Shown here: piece by piece, positions 18,449 to 26,975 of the stretch
Numbering within the stretch: the stretch's first letter is position 1
Layout: each line of letters starts with the position of its first letter
Assembly (NCBI GenBank): GCA_008080745.1
Contig: SHMX01000009.1
Location: 42,381 to 74,380, forward strand
Origin: Candidatus Thorarchaeota archaeon
Lineage (GTDB): Archaea; Asgardarchaeota; Thorarchaeia; Thorarchaeales; Thorarchaeaceae
Reading direction: 5' to 3'
Length of the DNA: 32,000 nt
Notes under the pieces: generated by a model
The model's database searches: none
What the model was told of the DNA's origin: nothing
The model's input: only the letters and a program-made list of their open reading frames with translations
Position numbers and translations under genes: made by a program

Positions 18449-19003
18449 TTGAAGATTGCATGGGGTATCACTGGTTCAGGTGACAAAATCAATGAAACCA
18501 TTGATAGTATGGTCAAATTGGTCGAGTCTTCTGGTTACCAGATTGATGTTTTTATCTCAAAAGCTGGTAAACAAGTTCTTGGTTGGTACAAATTATGGGA
18601 TAGAATCAGAGGCTCGTTTGAAACTGTAAAAGTAGAGATTGATGCTAATGTCCCTTTTATTGCAGGTCCTCTCCAAATTGGAGCCTATGACTTGTTGGTT
18701 GTTGCTCCGCTTACTGCCAATTCTGCTGCAAAAATAGCATATGGTATCGAAGACACGCTTCTAACTAATGCCGTTGCTCAAACGTTGAAAGGTAGCACTC
18801 CTGTCATCCTCTTCCCAGTCGATCAGTTCCCAGGAACCGTAGAAACTATAGCTCCAGATGGACGAGTGGTTTCAATACGAACTAGACAGATAGATTTAGA
18901 CAATGTAGAACGATTACGACAAATGAAAGGTGTGACAGTGGTCAGTTCAATCAGTGAGATCATTGCACTTGTTAAGGAATATCTCCCACACACCGATTTC
19001 TGA
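18449..19003 (+). CDS. Archaeal flavoprotein AfpA-like (HFCD family)
   Basis: KIAWGITGSG, FISKAG, YDLLVVAPLTANSAAKIAYGI.DTLLTNAVAQ motifs. Confidence 0.88.
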   Translation: MKIAWGITGSGDKINETIDSMVKLVESSGYQIDVFISKAGKQVLGWYKLWDRIRGSFETVKVEIDANVPFIAGPLQIGAYDLLVVAPLTANSAAKIAYGIEDTLLTNAVAQTLKGSTPVILFPVDQFPGTVETIAPDGRVVSIRTRQIDLDNVERLRQMKGVTVVSSISEIIALVKEYLPHTDF

Positions 19004-19012
19004 GGTAACAAG

Positions 19013-19663
19013 ATGTGCACGCATCGTCTATCCAAAGAGCGAATGAATGAAATCCAGAGCTTGATAATATTATGGTATAATTCCGCTGGTCGTTTCTTTG
19101 CATGGCGAAATTCTTCAAATCCATTTCACATTCTCATAGCTGAGATGATGTTGCGTCGCACAACTGCAAAAGCAGTTGAAAAAGTCTATCCCGATTTTAT
19201 TCGAAAATATGATACCTCTGCAAAATTATCGTCTGCCAATCTTGAATCCATCACCAAGCTAGTGTCATCTTTAGGACTCCAAAATACTCGTGCACAACAT
19301 CTAAAGTCCACAGCACAAATACTCGAATCGGATTATGAAGGCATAGTTCCCTCTGAAAAGAAACAGCTACTAGCCCTGCCGGGAGTAGGCAGATATGTGG
19401 CATCTGCAGTACAAAACTTTGCATATCATCTACCTGTACCGTTAGTCGATGGAAATGTTCTTCACTTTCTGAAACGAGTTTTTTCTTTGACATTCACGGG
19501 CTCTGATGACCCCGATGCCTGGAACTTCATGGATTTGTTTGGCCCTCCTCATCCTCCTGAGTTCTATTTTGGTATAATTGACCTGGTAGCTAAAATCTGT
19601 CTTAGACTTAATCCCAGATGTGATGAGTGTCCCCTATTCCATTCATGTGATTATAATATATGA
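19013..19663 (+). CDS. HhH-GPD mismatch DNA glycosylase, MIG (T/U:G)-type rather than MutY
   Basis: IAEMMLRRT (MIG-type LRRT versus MutY LQQT), LPGVGRY with Tyr, VDGNV, C-terminal [4Fe-4S] Cys motif; no MutT-like C-terminal domain. Confidence 0.8.
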   Translation: MCTHRLSKERMNEIQSLIILWYNSAGRFFAWRNSSNPFHILIAEMMLRRTTAKAVEKVYPDFIRKYDTSAKLSSANLESITKLVSSLGLQNTRAQHLKSTAQILESDYEGIVPSEKKQLLALPGVGRYVASAVQNFAYHLPVPLVDGNVLHFLKRVFSLTFTGSDDPDAWNFMDLFGPPHPPEFYFGIIDLVAKICLRLNPRCDECPLFHSCDYNI

Positions 19664-19724
19664 TTGTTGAGAAAAAGAAAAGAAAAGTGGCTGTACCTAT
19701 CTTACAGACCACTTGTTTTGTCAA

Positions 19725-20099
19725 TCAGTCCAAGTCAGGAATCTGGATGTCTATTGCGAATTTTGTGCCACAGGGACAAGCCGCATTTATGGGGAATCTA
19801 TCAGGTGTATCGATACTTATTCGTGCTCCCTGTTGAGCTGCTTTGTCTATCATTGCTTGCATATTGTGGACCATGTATTTCGCAAAGCCTTGGATTAGGT
19901 TCGGAATATGTAGATCGTCGATCCAATAGACATACTGATTGGCGCAATTAGGGCAGTGACTAACAAGTACGCGTGTACCATCTCCGCAATTGCTACAGGT
20001 GAGATCCTGATGGTGATAAGCTGGAGCATTCGGTGCGGGGAGATTCAGCGTGTTTTTTCCTCCGCAACGGTAACAGTAGTATGTAAAATCCACACTCAT
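19725..20099 (-). CDS. Multi-Zn-ribbon hypothetical protein
   Basis: CYRC, CSNC, CPNC and CPC Cys pairs; ATG at 20099 follows AGGATGA (ORF track start is 20153). Confidence 0.8.
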   Translation of the reverse strand: MSVDFTYYCYRCGGKNTLNLPAPNAPAYHHQDLTCSNCGDGTRVLVSHCPNCANQYVYWIDDLHIPNLIQGFAKYMVHNMQAMIDKAAQQGARISIDTPDRFPINAACPCGTKFAIDIQIPDLD

Positions 20100-20226
20100 T
20101 TTGGTCATCCTAACTGGAATTCCAGTCGATAAAAAATCAGCCACTCTATACAAAAGTATGTCGGGTATGTATCATTTTGTTGGGGCTAATAAGGCGTAGT
20201 AAGCACTATTCTTCGGATGTGATCAT

Positions 20227-20418
20227 ATGCAAATTGTCAACTCTCGAACAAAACTAGTATCGTTACTTCTCGTTTATCTCACAGAAAATTATGAGAGCCG
20301 ATTCCATTCTTGTGACCGATGCGGCGTAAGTTCCCCTCCTTTTGGTAGGACCTTTTTCGTCAATGGCAAATGGGTTTGTGTCCATTGTATCATCTCTAGA
20401 ATTGAGAATTCTTCTTAG
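20227..20418 (+). CDS. Small Zn-finger protein (63 aa)
   Basis: CDRC...WVCVHC pairs; fills the intergenic gap. Confidence 0.55.
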   Translation: MQIVNSRTKLVSLLLVYLTENYESRFHSCDRCGVSSPPFGRTFFVNGKWVCVHCIISRIENSS

Positions 20419-20488
20419 TGTTTGGAGTAAAATGATACGAGCCTAAAAGTCAAAAGCAGGTATTTCTATCAATTATGCTGTGGTACAG

Positions 20489-21259
20489 ATGAAACGCAGA
20501 ATACAACCTCATCTGAGAGTTGGTGAAGGTGATGTGGAGCAATTTGCTATTATCACCGGCAATCCTGATAGGGTCCCCAAGATAGCTGCTGAGATGAAAG
20601 ACGCAAAAGAAATTGTACGCTACAGAGGATTTGTGACTTATCGTGCATACACTCCCAAAGGGAATCCTGTCACAATTTCTGGAACCGGCATAGGCACCCC
20701 CTCAACACACATCTGCATTGAAGAGTTGGCAAATCTAGGTGCGCAATATCTCATCCGTGTTGGGTCATGTGGTGGAATCGATCCCGATGTTAAGACTGGT
20801 GATGTCGTTGTTCCAACAGGATGTATTCGCGATGAACGTACTAGTCTAAATTACGCTCCCATCGAGTTTCCAGCTGTTCCCTCACCCATGATTTTCAACT
20901 CGTTGTTTACTGAGCTCAAAAAAGTACTTCCTGAAGATCGTGTACATCAGGGGATATGTTGGACCAGCGATGTATATTATGCATCCAAACACTCAGATCA
21001 ACTTGATCTCTGGACTCGTGCGAAGGTAAAATGTATTGAGATGGAGAGTTCTCTTTTGTACACTTTTGCATACACTAAGGGACTGTATGCAGGTTCAATT
21101 CTTGCTGTTGATGGAAATCTGCACTCCGATCCAAAGGTTGAGCAAGAGGATACATCTGAGAAGTCTGGTGAACAACATCCTCTATTGATTGAGGCTGTTA
21201 AGAAAGAGATAGAGGCAACTGTAAATGCAATCGATTATATTGTAGATACACGAAAATAA
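20489..21259 (+). CDS. Nucleoside phosphorylase (uridine phosphorylase / PNP_UDP_1 family)
   Basis: IITGNPDRV, GTGIGTPS..I.IEEL..LG, IRVGSCGGI, IRDERTS, SDVYY and IEMESS motifs. Confidence 0.92.
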   Translation: MKRRIQPHLRVGEGDVEQFAIITGNPDRVPKIAAEMKDAKEIVRYRGFVTYRAYTPKGNPVTISGTGIGTPSTHICIEELANLGAQYLIRVGSCGGIDPDVKTGDVVVPTGCIRDERTSLNYAPIEFPAVPSPMIFNSLFTELKKVLPEDRVHQGICWTSDVYYASKHSDQLDLWTRAKVKCIEMESSLLYTFAYTKGLYAGSILAVDGNLHSDPKVEQEDTSEKSGEQHPLLIEAVKKEIEATVNAIDYIVDTRK

Positions 21260-21308
21260 TCGGTAGATTGTTATCCAAAAACGTCTATTGTTCTATGGAG
21301 ACTATCAT

Positions 21309-21944
21309 ATGCCGCCATCCGACCAGCAAGCTGTCACCCGCTCATATCTTATAATGAAGGCTGATGCAAAAGAAGCCCTAGAATTAGCTGAGGAGTGGTG
21401 GGACAACAAAACAATCCCCAACTATATTCATGTAAGAAAACTCCTACGTGAGGACCTTGAGGAATTTGTTGACCTTTACAACAGATGCTTTCTCGCTTCT
21501 CCCGATCCCTTTTGTCCCATCGATCTGGAACAGGCCAAAAAGCTTGATACCGAGGGTATTTTTGTAGCTGAACTATGGAACACACTCTCTGGTTTTATTG
21601 CATGTTTTGTTGAGAAGGATGAGGACTCCATCTATGGTGAAATTACGGGGATTGGTGTATTACCCTCCCGACGAAGAAAAGGTATAGCGACAGCCCTGAT
21701 TAAACGTGCTTCCCAATACTTCCTTGATGCTGGAGTAGAAGAGGTTTATTGTGAAGTCTATGAGGAGAATACTCCCTCTCAGTTGTTGATTCAGGCATAT
21801 GGTTTTGAGCAGGTGGGAACGAGAGAAGTAGATGTTCAGATGAGTGCCGAAGGTCAAGAAGAATCAGATTTACCCGGTGGAAAAATTATGCGCAGACTTG
21901 GTCTTCGCCCTCGTGCAGGATGTGAGACCTGTCGTGATATATGA
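21309..21944 (+). CDS. GNAT family N-acetyltransferase
   Basis: GEITGIGVLPSRRRKGIATALI acetyl-CoA motif A; N..SQ.L..AYGF motif B. Confidence 0.9.
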   Translation: MPPSDQQAVTRSYLIMKADAKEALELAEEWWDNKTIPNYIHVRKLLREDLEEFVDLYNRCFLASPDPFCPIDLEQAKKLDTEGIFVAELWNTLSGFIACFVEKDEDSIYGEITGIGVLPSRRRKGIATALIKRASQYFLDAGVEEVYCEVYEENTPSQLLIQAYGFEQVGTREVDVQMSAEGQEESDLPGGKIMRRLGLRPRAGCETCRDI

Positions 21945-22028
21945 TAATGCCAAACTTTTTAGCATTCCATGAAGATTTTCTTTCGTTGATTTATCAATAA
22001 TATACACGATAGAATAGGAGGTCTGTCT

Positions 22029-23264
22029 GTGTCTGATTATGATGTTATTGTAGTAGGAGCGGGTCCAGCAGGAACCATTGCAGCCTATGAGTGTGCTAAG
22101 CGTGGGCTTGATACTGTTTTGCTTGAGAAGTTTGCATTGCCAAGGGAAAAACCCTGTGGTGGTGCAGTGATGTATCGTGGTGTCCGGGTGGTAAACGGTG
22201 AAATCCCCGCGCATCTTATTGAACGCAAGATTTACGGACTAAGTTTTACTTTGCCAAAATTGGGAGCGTTTGAATTCGTTACCGATAAACTGATTGGAAT
22301 AACAGTATTCAGAGAATATTTTGATGAATATCTCGCTCGGCGAGCATCCGAATCTGGAGTAACTCTTATTGAAGAAGCACGAGTTGTTGATGCCCATACC
22401 TCATCTGACTCGGTCAGTGTAACATTAGAAGACAGATCCGAATATAGCGGATCTTTTCTAATTGGTGCTGACGGGGTGAATTCTATAGTAAGCCGGTCTC
22501 TAGGTCTTCGTCCAAAAAGAAAAGATCTGAATCGTCATGGTATCGGTATGGAGGCCGATTTCCATGTGGGCGAAGCTGGTGTGGAGAAAGCAACTGATGG
22601 CAACCCTCACATTCTGTCAATTCTTCCTGTAAAGGGTAAACTTGGTTATGGGTGGGTCTTTCCAAAAAGAGAACATCTAGCTATAGGCGTTGCTGGGCCT
22701 GCTGCTGATATGCTACCTCTTCGCCCCTCTTTCGAAAGGTTTTGTGAACTGATTGGATGCGATAGAGAAGTAGAATTAGTGCCAGAAAAGATCAGGACCT
22801 ATTTTCTGGGTGCCGATGGCCTTCAGAACAAAAATGTCTTGGACCGCGTGATTCTTGTTGGAGATGCAGCTGGTTTTGTTGACCCAATGATGGGAGAGGG
22901 AATCGCATATGCTATGCAATCGGGAGTTTTCGCTGCTGAGGTGATTTCTAATGCAATGGAAACGGGTCAATATAATGAGAGGTATCTTTTCCGATACCAA
23001 AAATTATGTGATGCTGAATTTGGATCAAGTTTTGGGATGGCTGAATGGGCCGGCTCTCAGGGTTCGGTACTTGCGGAGCGACTCCTTCCTAAGATTAACG
23101 GGCATCCTCTCGCCGCTCAAATTATGGCACAGGTTGCCCGAGGTGAAATAGGGTATTGTGATATTCCCGCAACAGTACTCCGTATTCTCCCACAAGAGCT
23201 GCCTAGCATTTTACGCAGTCTAATCAGGTCTAGAATTAGTGGAGCAAGTCAAAAAGATTCATAG
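22029..23264 (+). CDS. Geranylgeranyl reductase family FAD-dependent oxidoreductase
   Basis: VIVVGAGPAG, REKPCGG, LIGADGVNS, GYGWVFPK and LVGDAAGFVDPMMGEGI motifs. Confidence 0.93.
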   Translation: MSDYDVIVVGAGPAGTIAAYECAKRGLDTVLLEKFALPREKPCGGAVMYRGVRVVNGEIPAHLIERKIYGLSFTLPKLGAFEFVTDKLIGITVFREYFDEYLARRASESGVTLIEEARVVDAHTSSDSVSVTLEDRSEYSGSFLIGADGVNSIVSRSLGLRPKRKDLNRHGIGMEADFHVGEAGVEKATDGNPHILSILPVKGKLGYGWVFPKREHLAIGVAGPAADMLPLRPSFERFCELIGCDREVELVPEKIRTYFLGADGLQNKNVLDRVILVGDAAGFVDPMMGEGIAYAMQSGVFAAEVISNAMETGQYNERYLFRYQKLCDAEFGSSFGMAEWAGSQGSVLAERLLPKINGHPLAAQIMAQVARGEIGYCDIPATVLRILPQELPSILRSLIRSRISGASQKDS

Positions 23265-23296
23265 GCTACCATGTCTCTCGCTTAGATGGTGGAATT

Positions 23297-24292
23297 TTGA
23301 AAATCGCTTCGATCCTCGTCATTCTCTTACTGGGAATCCCTTATGTTCCAGTTGTTATTGGTGATGATTACAGTCCGGTTTTCAATGGAGATGAAGCACT
23401 TCAGTATATTGTAGAACAGTGTGCCTTTGGTCCCCGTCCACCGGGCTCAGAGAATCTCAGTGCTTGTCGGTCGTATATCGTTGACAAACTTGAGCTAAAT
23501 GGTTGGCTGGTCACCTTACAAAACTTCACCTATCGTGAAACCAACTGCAGTAATATCATTGCAAGATGGGGCCCTGTGGTCAACTCAACAATGATTCTTG
23601 GCGCTCATTACGATACCCGCCCAAAGGCAGATAACGATCCTAATCCATCCAATCGCAATAAACCAGTTTTGGGAGCTAATGATGGTGCAAGTGGGGTAGC
23701 GGTACTTCTTGAACTGGCAAAAGTATTGCCTGAAGATGTACGATCTTATGTTGAATTGGTCTTCTTTGATGCTGAAGACTCTGGGTATATTGATGGTTGG
23801 GAGTGGATTGTTGGGTCAACCTACTATGTGAATCAGATGACATCTGAAAGAATCAATTCAATTTCCGCCATGATTCTTGTGGACATGGTGGGTGACGCAA
23901 ATCTTCGGATACCTAAAGAGATCAAGTCTACGGATTCCCTTCAAAACTTGATATGGTCCATTGCCCATGAGTTCAACTATGGTAACATATTTCTCAATGA
24001 AACGGGGGGTTCCATAACTGATGATCATGTGCCCTTCCTGAAGGCTGAGATTCCATCAGTTGACCTGATTCATTACCCCTTTCCAGATTCTTGGCATACT
24101 ATAGAAGATACTCCTGACAAATGCAGTGCAGCTAGTCTTGAAGCAGTGGGTCGTGTAGTAGAAGTATTCGTTGTGGATTATCTGCCAGATGTGTCTGATC
24201 TTCCAGATGATATACCTCTTGATTTCCTTGTGGTTATCTTTGCAATCCCCCTTGTGCTCCTAGTATATTTTGCCATCCGTCGTAGACATTAA
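23297..24292 (+). CDS. M28 family metallopeptidase / glutaminyl-cyclase-like, secreted with C-terminal membrane anchor
   Basis: Signal peptide; LGAHYDTRP, GANDGASGVAVLLELA, FFDAED, DMVG, DDHVPF and WHT motifs; C-terminal TM followed by RRRH. Confidence 0.9.
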   Translation: MKIASILVILLLGIPYVPVVIGDDYSPVFNGDEALQYIVEQCAFGPRPPGSENLSACRSYIVDKLELNGWLVTLQNFTYRETNCSNIIARWGPVVNSTMILGAHYDTRPKADNDPNPSNRNKPVLGANDGASGVAVLLELAKVLPEDVRSYVELVFFDAEDSGYIDGWEWIVGSTYYVNQMTSERINSISAMILVDMVGDANLRIPKEIKSTDSLQNLIWSIAHEFNYGNIFLNETGGSITDDHVPFLKAEIPSVDLIHYPFPDSWHTIEDTPDKCSAASLEAVGRVVEVFVVDYLPDVSDLPDDIPLDFLVVIFAIPLVLLVYFAIRRRH

Positions 24293-24347
24293 TTACTTAG
24301 ACTTTTATCTTAGAAATGTATATTCTATACATTGATATAATACATCG

Positions 24348-25241
24348 GTGGCATCTTTGCTAGAAACTACTCTGTACCATCCTTCTGGTTCTCAATCACC
24401 CCCTCTGACATGTGTATCAGTCAGTCCATCCAAAGACATAGTTGCAGTTGGTACACTAGACGCTCAGATTATTCTTTTTAACACCAGGACCCGGAAACTC
24501 CGTCGTTCTCTTAAAGGTCATGAAAAACTAGTATCCTCGCTCATGTTTCTAGATGGCGGAGATTATCTTCTATCTAGCAGTTGGGATGGTACCACAAAAA
24601 TGTGGTCGTCGTCAAAAAAATTTGAAGAAAGTTATACCCTTCGTCATAGTACCGACATCAAGGTTCTGGCTGTGGATTCTACGTTTTCAAAAGGTGTCGC
24701 AGGGACACGTGACGGTTTAGTAAAGCTATTCTCACTCAAGAAGCTAACCTGTATCAGAAACCTGCAATTTCATCAACGCGATATCTCCGGACTAGCATTT
24801 TATGCTGGAGATACAAAACTGATTACGACATCTTGGTCGGGCAAATGCAATCTGTGGGACCTGTCCTCTTACGATTTGGTGGAAACGATTTTTCAGACAG
24901 ATAAACGAATTCGCTCCCTTACAGTTTCCCCGGATGATACAAAGGCAGCTCTGGGTCTTCACGATGGTACTGTTGTGATTCTTGACCTTATTGGTGATAT
25001 CAAACCACAAACTCTCGATGGCCATAACGATGTCGTGGGATCATTAGCGTTCAATCCATCTGATTCCACTCTTCTCACCTCGAGTTGGGACACCACCATT
25101 CGGTTATGGTCCAACGATTTCAGCCAATATGAAGAAACAAAATTACCAACCGGGGTGACCGACATAACTTGGGATCAAAGAGGAAAGAAGTTCTTCACCT
25201 CTGATTTCTCAGGCTCCTTGAAGTGCTGGACTATTTCTTAA
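24348..25241 (+). CDS. WD40 repeat beta-propeller protein
   Basis: GH...V.SL.F..LLSSSWDGTTKMW and GHNDVVGSLAF..LLTSSWDTTIRLW; about 7 repeats. Confidence 0.92.
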   Translation: MASLLETTLYHPSGSQSPPLTCVSVSPSKDIVAVGTLDAQIILFNTRTRKLRRSLKGHEKLVSSLMFLDGGDYLLSSSWDGTTKMWSSSKKFEESYTLRHSTDIKVLAVDSTFSKGVAGTRDGLVKLFSLKKLTCIRNLQFHQRDISGLAFYAGDTKLITTSWSGKCNLWDLSSYDLVETIFQTDKRIRSLTVSPDDTKAALGLHDGTVVILDLIGDIKPQTLDGHNDVVGSLAFNPSDSTLLTSSWDTTIRLWSNDFSQYEETKLPTGVTDITWDQRGKKFFTSDFSGSLKCWTIS

Positions 25242-25773
25242 ACACTCTAAGATCTATGTTGAAGTAGCCCTCTTTATTCCACCTTAGTCGAACTCTATCC
25301 AACCTTTCTGGATTTTTTACAATGGCGGATAGGATTTCTGCATTATTATTTCTACTATGTTTGTCAAATGGTATTACTCTCTCTCCACCACTTTTGACAG
25401 TAAGGACAGCAGCCTTGTGGGTAATCTGTATTAGTGGAGGTGAGAAAATCATGATATCCTGCTTGAACTTTGGCATCTTCCCTCGCAGGTCTCTTCTCCA
25501 TTTAGCTTTATGCTTGTGTTCCCCAATAGTTACTCGGGCAGTCTTTACAACATCTTTCAGGTAGGCTAGACGTGGGTCGAAGCTTTCAGCAAAATCTTCT
25601 CGAATTTCTTCTATTATTGTATGGGCTTTCTTCTTCTTGAGTTTGAGAATCTGCTTAATCACATAGTTTGTTGCCTTATGATATTCTTCAAGTTCTGCTT
25701 CAAGCACTAATTGCTTTTCATGAGTCAAAGCCACACTTAGCAGTTTCACCACATCTACTTCCAGCTCAGACAT
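25231..25773 (-). CDS. Basic hypothetical protein resembling the N-terminal WED/REC half of TnpB/Cas12f, with no RuvC domain
   Basis: Pattern VVKLLSV..QLVLE..LEEY..A.NYVI / helical REC-like segment / MPKFK / beta strands / RVRL...EGYFNIDL.V, ending where RuvC-I would begin. Homology judged by eye. Confidence 0.6.
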   Translation of the reverse strand: MSELEVDVVKLLSVALTHEKQLVLEAELEEYHKATNYVIKQILKLKKKKAHTIIEEIREDFAESFDPRLAYLKDVVKTARVTIGEHKHKAKWRRDLRGKMPKFKQDIMIFSPPLIQITHKAAVLTVKSGGERVIPFDKHSRNNNAEILSAIVKNPERLDRVRLRWNKEGYFNIDLRVFKK

Positions 25774-25777
25774 ATTA

Positions 25778-25791
25778 ACCACTGATGTGGT
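25778..25791 (+). repeat. 14-bp imperfect palindrome ACCACTGATGTGGT, copy 1
   Basis: Identical to 26958-26971; 4 nt upstream of the ATG of the TnpB-N-like gene on the minus strand. Confidence 0.8.
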
Positions 25792-25822
25792 GAAAAATAC
25801 TATGCCATATCAATCTTCAGTC

Positions 25823-26845
25823 TCAGAGCCGTTTTGCTAAGAATTCCGCTTCGCCGATACTGCGTTTTACACCCTTTGGATGGAATTCATATGCTCCATA
25901 TTTCACAAGAACCCTCTCAAAGAACTCTGGTTCGTGCTCCTTGATGTCTTGGATGAATGTTCTCGGATTGAGTGAAACTTCCCCTGAGATTGCCAACAAT
26001 GCTTCTCCAAGTTTGCGAATGGACTGTCTCAATTCGAATACTGCTAGCTCATAATCACCATTAAGAGTGAGATTCACTGCACTATAGGCTGCCCTCTGTG
26101 CATCCGATAGAATGATTGTTGCTGTAACATCCGCGGACTCGGCATCAAATGCTCTCTCAGCTTTGGCAATCCACATCTTGATTATATCCGAAATCTCCAG
26201 AAGTTCGTTTTCATTCTTACCCTTGAGTTTGAACGTTCTCAAAAATAGCTGATAGGTCATAGGATCCATTATTCTAATTTCAGTAAGAATCTCTGCAGGT
26301 TTTATCACACAGAAATTATTATTTTTCATGAGTACAGCCCTTCCCAGTTCGAAGAGCCCCACTTGAATCTCATGGACTGCACTAATTATATCGTCTTTTT
26401 CTGCAAAAGTAGTTGCACTCTCAAGCGCCTCTAATGCCTTTGTCTTGACGGACTGGATTGTTTCTGGTGGCCATTGGTATACCGCGACCTCTTTTTGCCA
26501 GCCTTTGAGTTCCCCTTCCTTGTCATAGAGCACCTCTGCTTTTCTTAACTGACTAACAACGGAAGCTATCTTAGAAACATCGATTGTTTTCCCCTCAATG
26601 ACATCCTGAACATCCTTTGGTGTGAGAAAAGTCATGTCTATCATGACATTCTTATGTTTTGCTAGAAGTTGTGCAGGGGCCTCATCAGTTTCCATTATCA
26701 CGCACAGGTCGAGGTCGGAGTTAGCGGTTATGATTCCATTAACATAGGATCCATGCACGTATACACCTATCACGTTGTCTTTCTTCTTCCATTCTTCAAC
26801 GGTTTCTTTCAGGACTGTGTTGAAACGGCCACGAACATCCATCAT
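25823..26845 (-). CDS. Nucleotidyltransferase (Pol-beta/MNT fold) with two C-terminal helical (KNTase/HEPN-like) bundles
   Basis: VYVHGSYVNG....SDLDL motif and third Asp in IDMTF; ATG at 26845 follows GGAGTGA. Confidence 0.82.
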   Translation of the reverse strand: MMDVRGRFNTVLKETVEEWKKKDNVIGVYVHGSYVNGIITANSDLDLCVIMETDEAPAQLLAKHKNVMIDMTFLTPKDVQDVIEGKTIDVSKIASVVSQLRKAEVLYDKEGELKGWQKEVAVYQWPPETIQSVKTKALEALESATTFAEKDDIISAVHEIQVGLFELGRAVLMKNNNFCVIKPAEILTEIRIMDPMTYQLFLRTFKLKGKNENELLEISDIIKMWIAKAERAFDAESADVTATIILSDAQRAAYSAVNLTLNGDYELAVFELRQSIRKLGEALLAISGEVSLNPRTFIQDIKEHEPEFFERVLVKYGAYEFHPKGVKRSIGEAEFLAKRL

Positions 26846-26957
26846 TCTTTTATTCACTCCGATATTATCGCATCAATACCATTGTATGCACTTGCTCTTT
26901 TATCAATAAAGCTATCTCGTTACTACGTCAATAGCGTTAATAGCAAACATTTGTGAT

Positions 26958-26971
26958 ACCACTGATGTGGT
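26958..26971 (+). repeat. 14-bp imperfect palindrome ACCACTGATGTGGT, copy 2
   Basis: 4 nt upstream of the rph ATG (26976). Confidence 0.8.
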
Positions 26972-26975
26972 TTAC

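Noticed and set aside
25000-25240. Possible frameshifted or decayed RuvC continuation of the TnpB-N-like gene
   Set aside because: The region is occupied by the intact convergent WD40 ORF; no DxG RuvC-I motif, Zn finger, TnpA or IS end was recognisable, so it is not reported as an intact mobile element.
25778-26971. Reading the 14-bp direct repeats as a target-site duplication or att sites around the NTase gene
   Set aside because: Excision would leave two divergent ATGs about 22 nt apart with no promoter space, and no recombinase is nearby; a regulatory role is more plausible.
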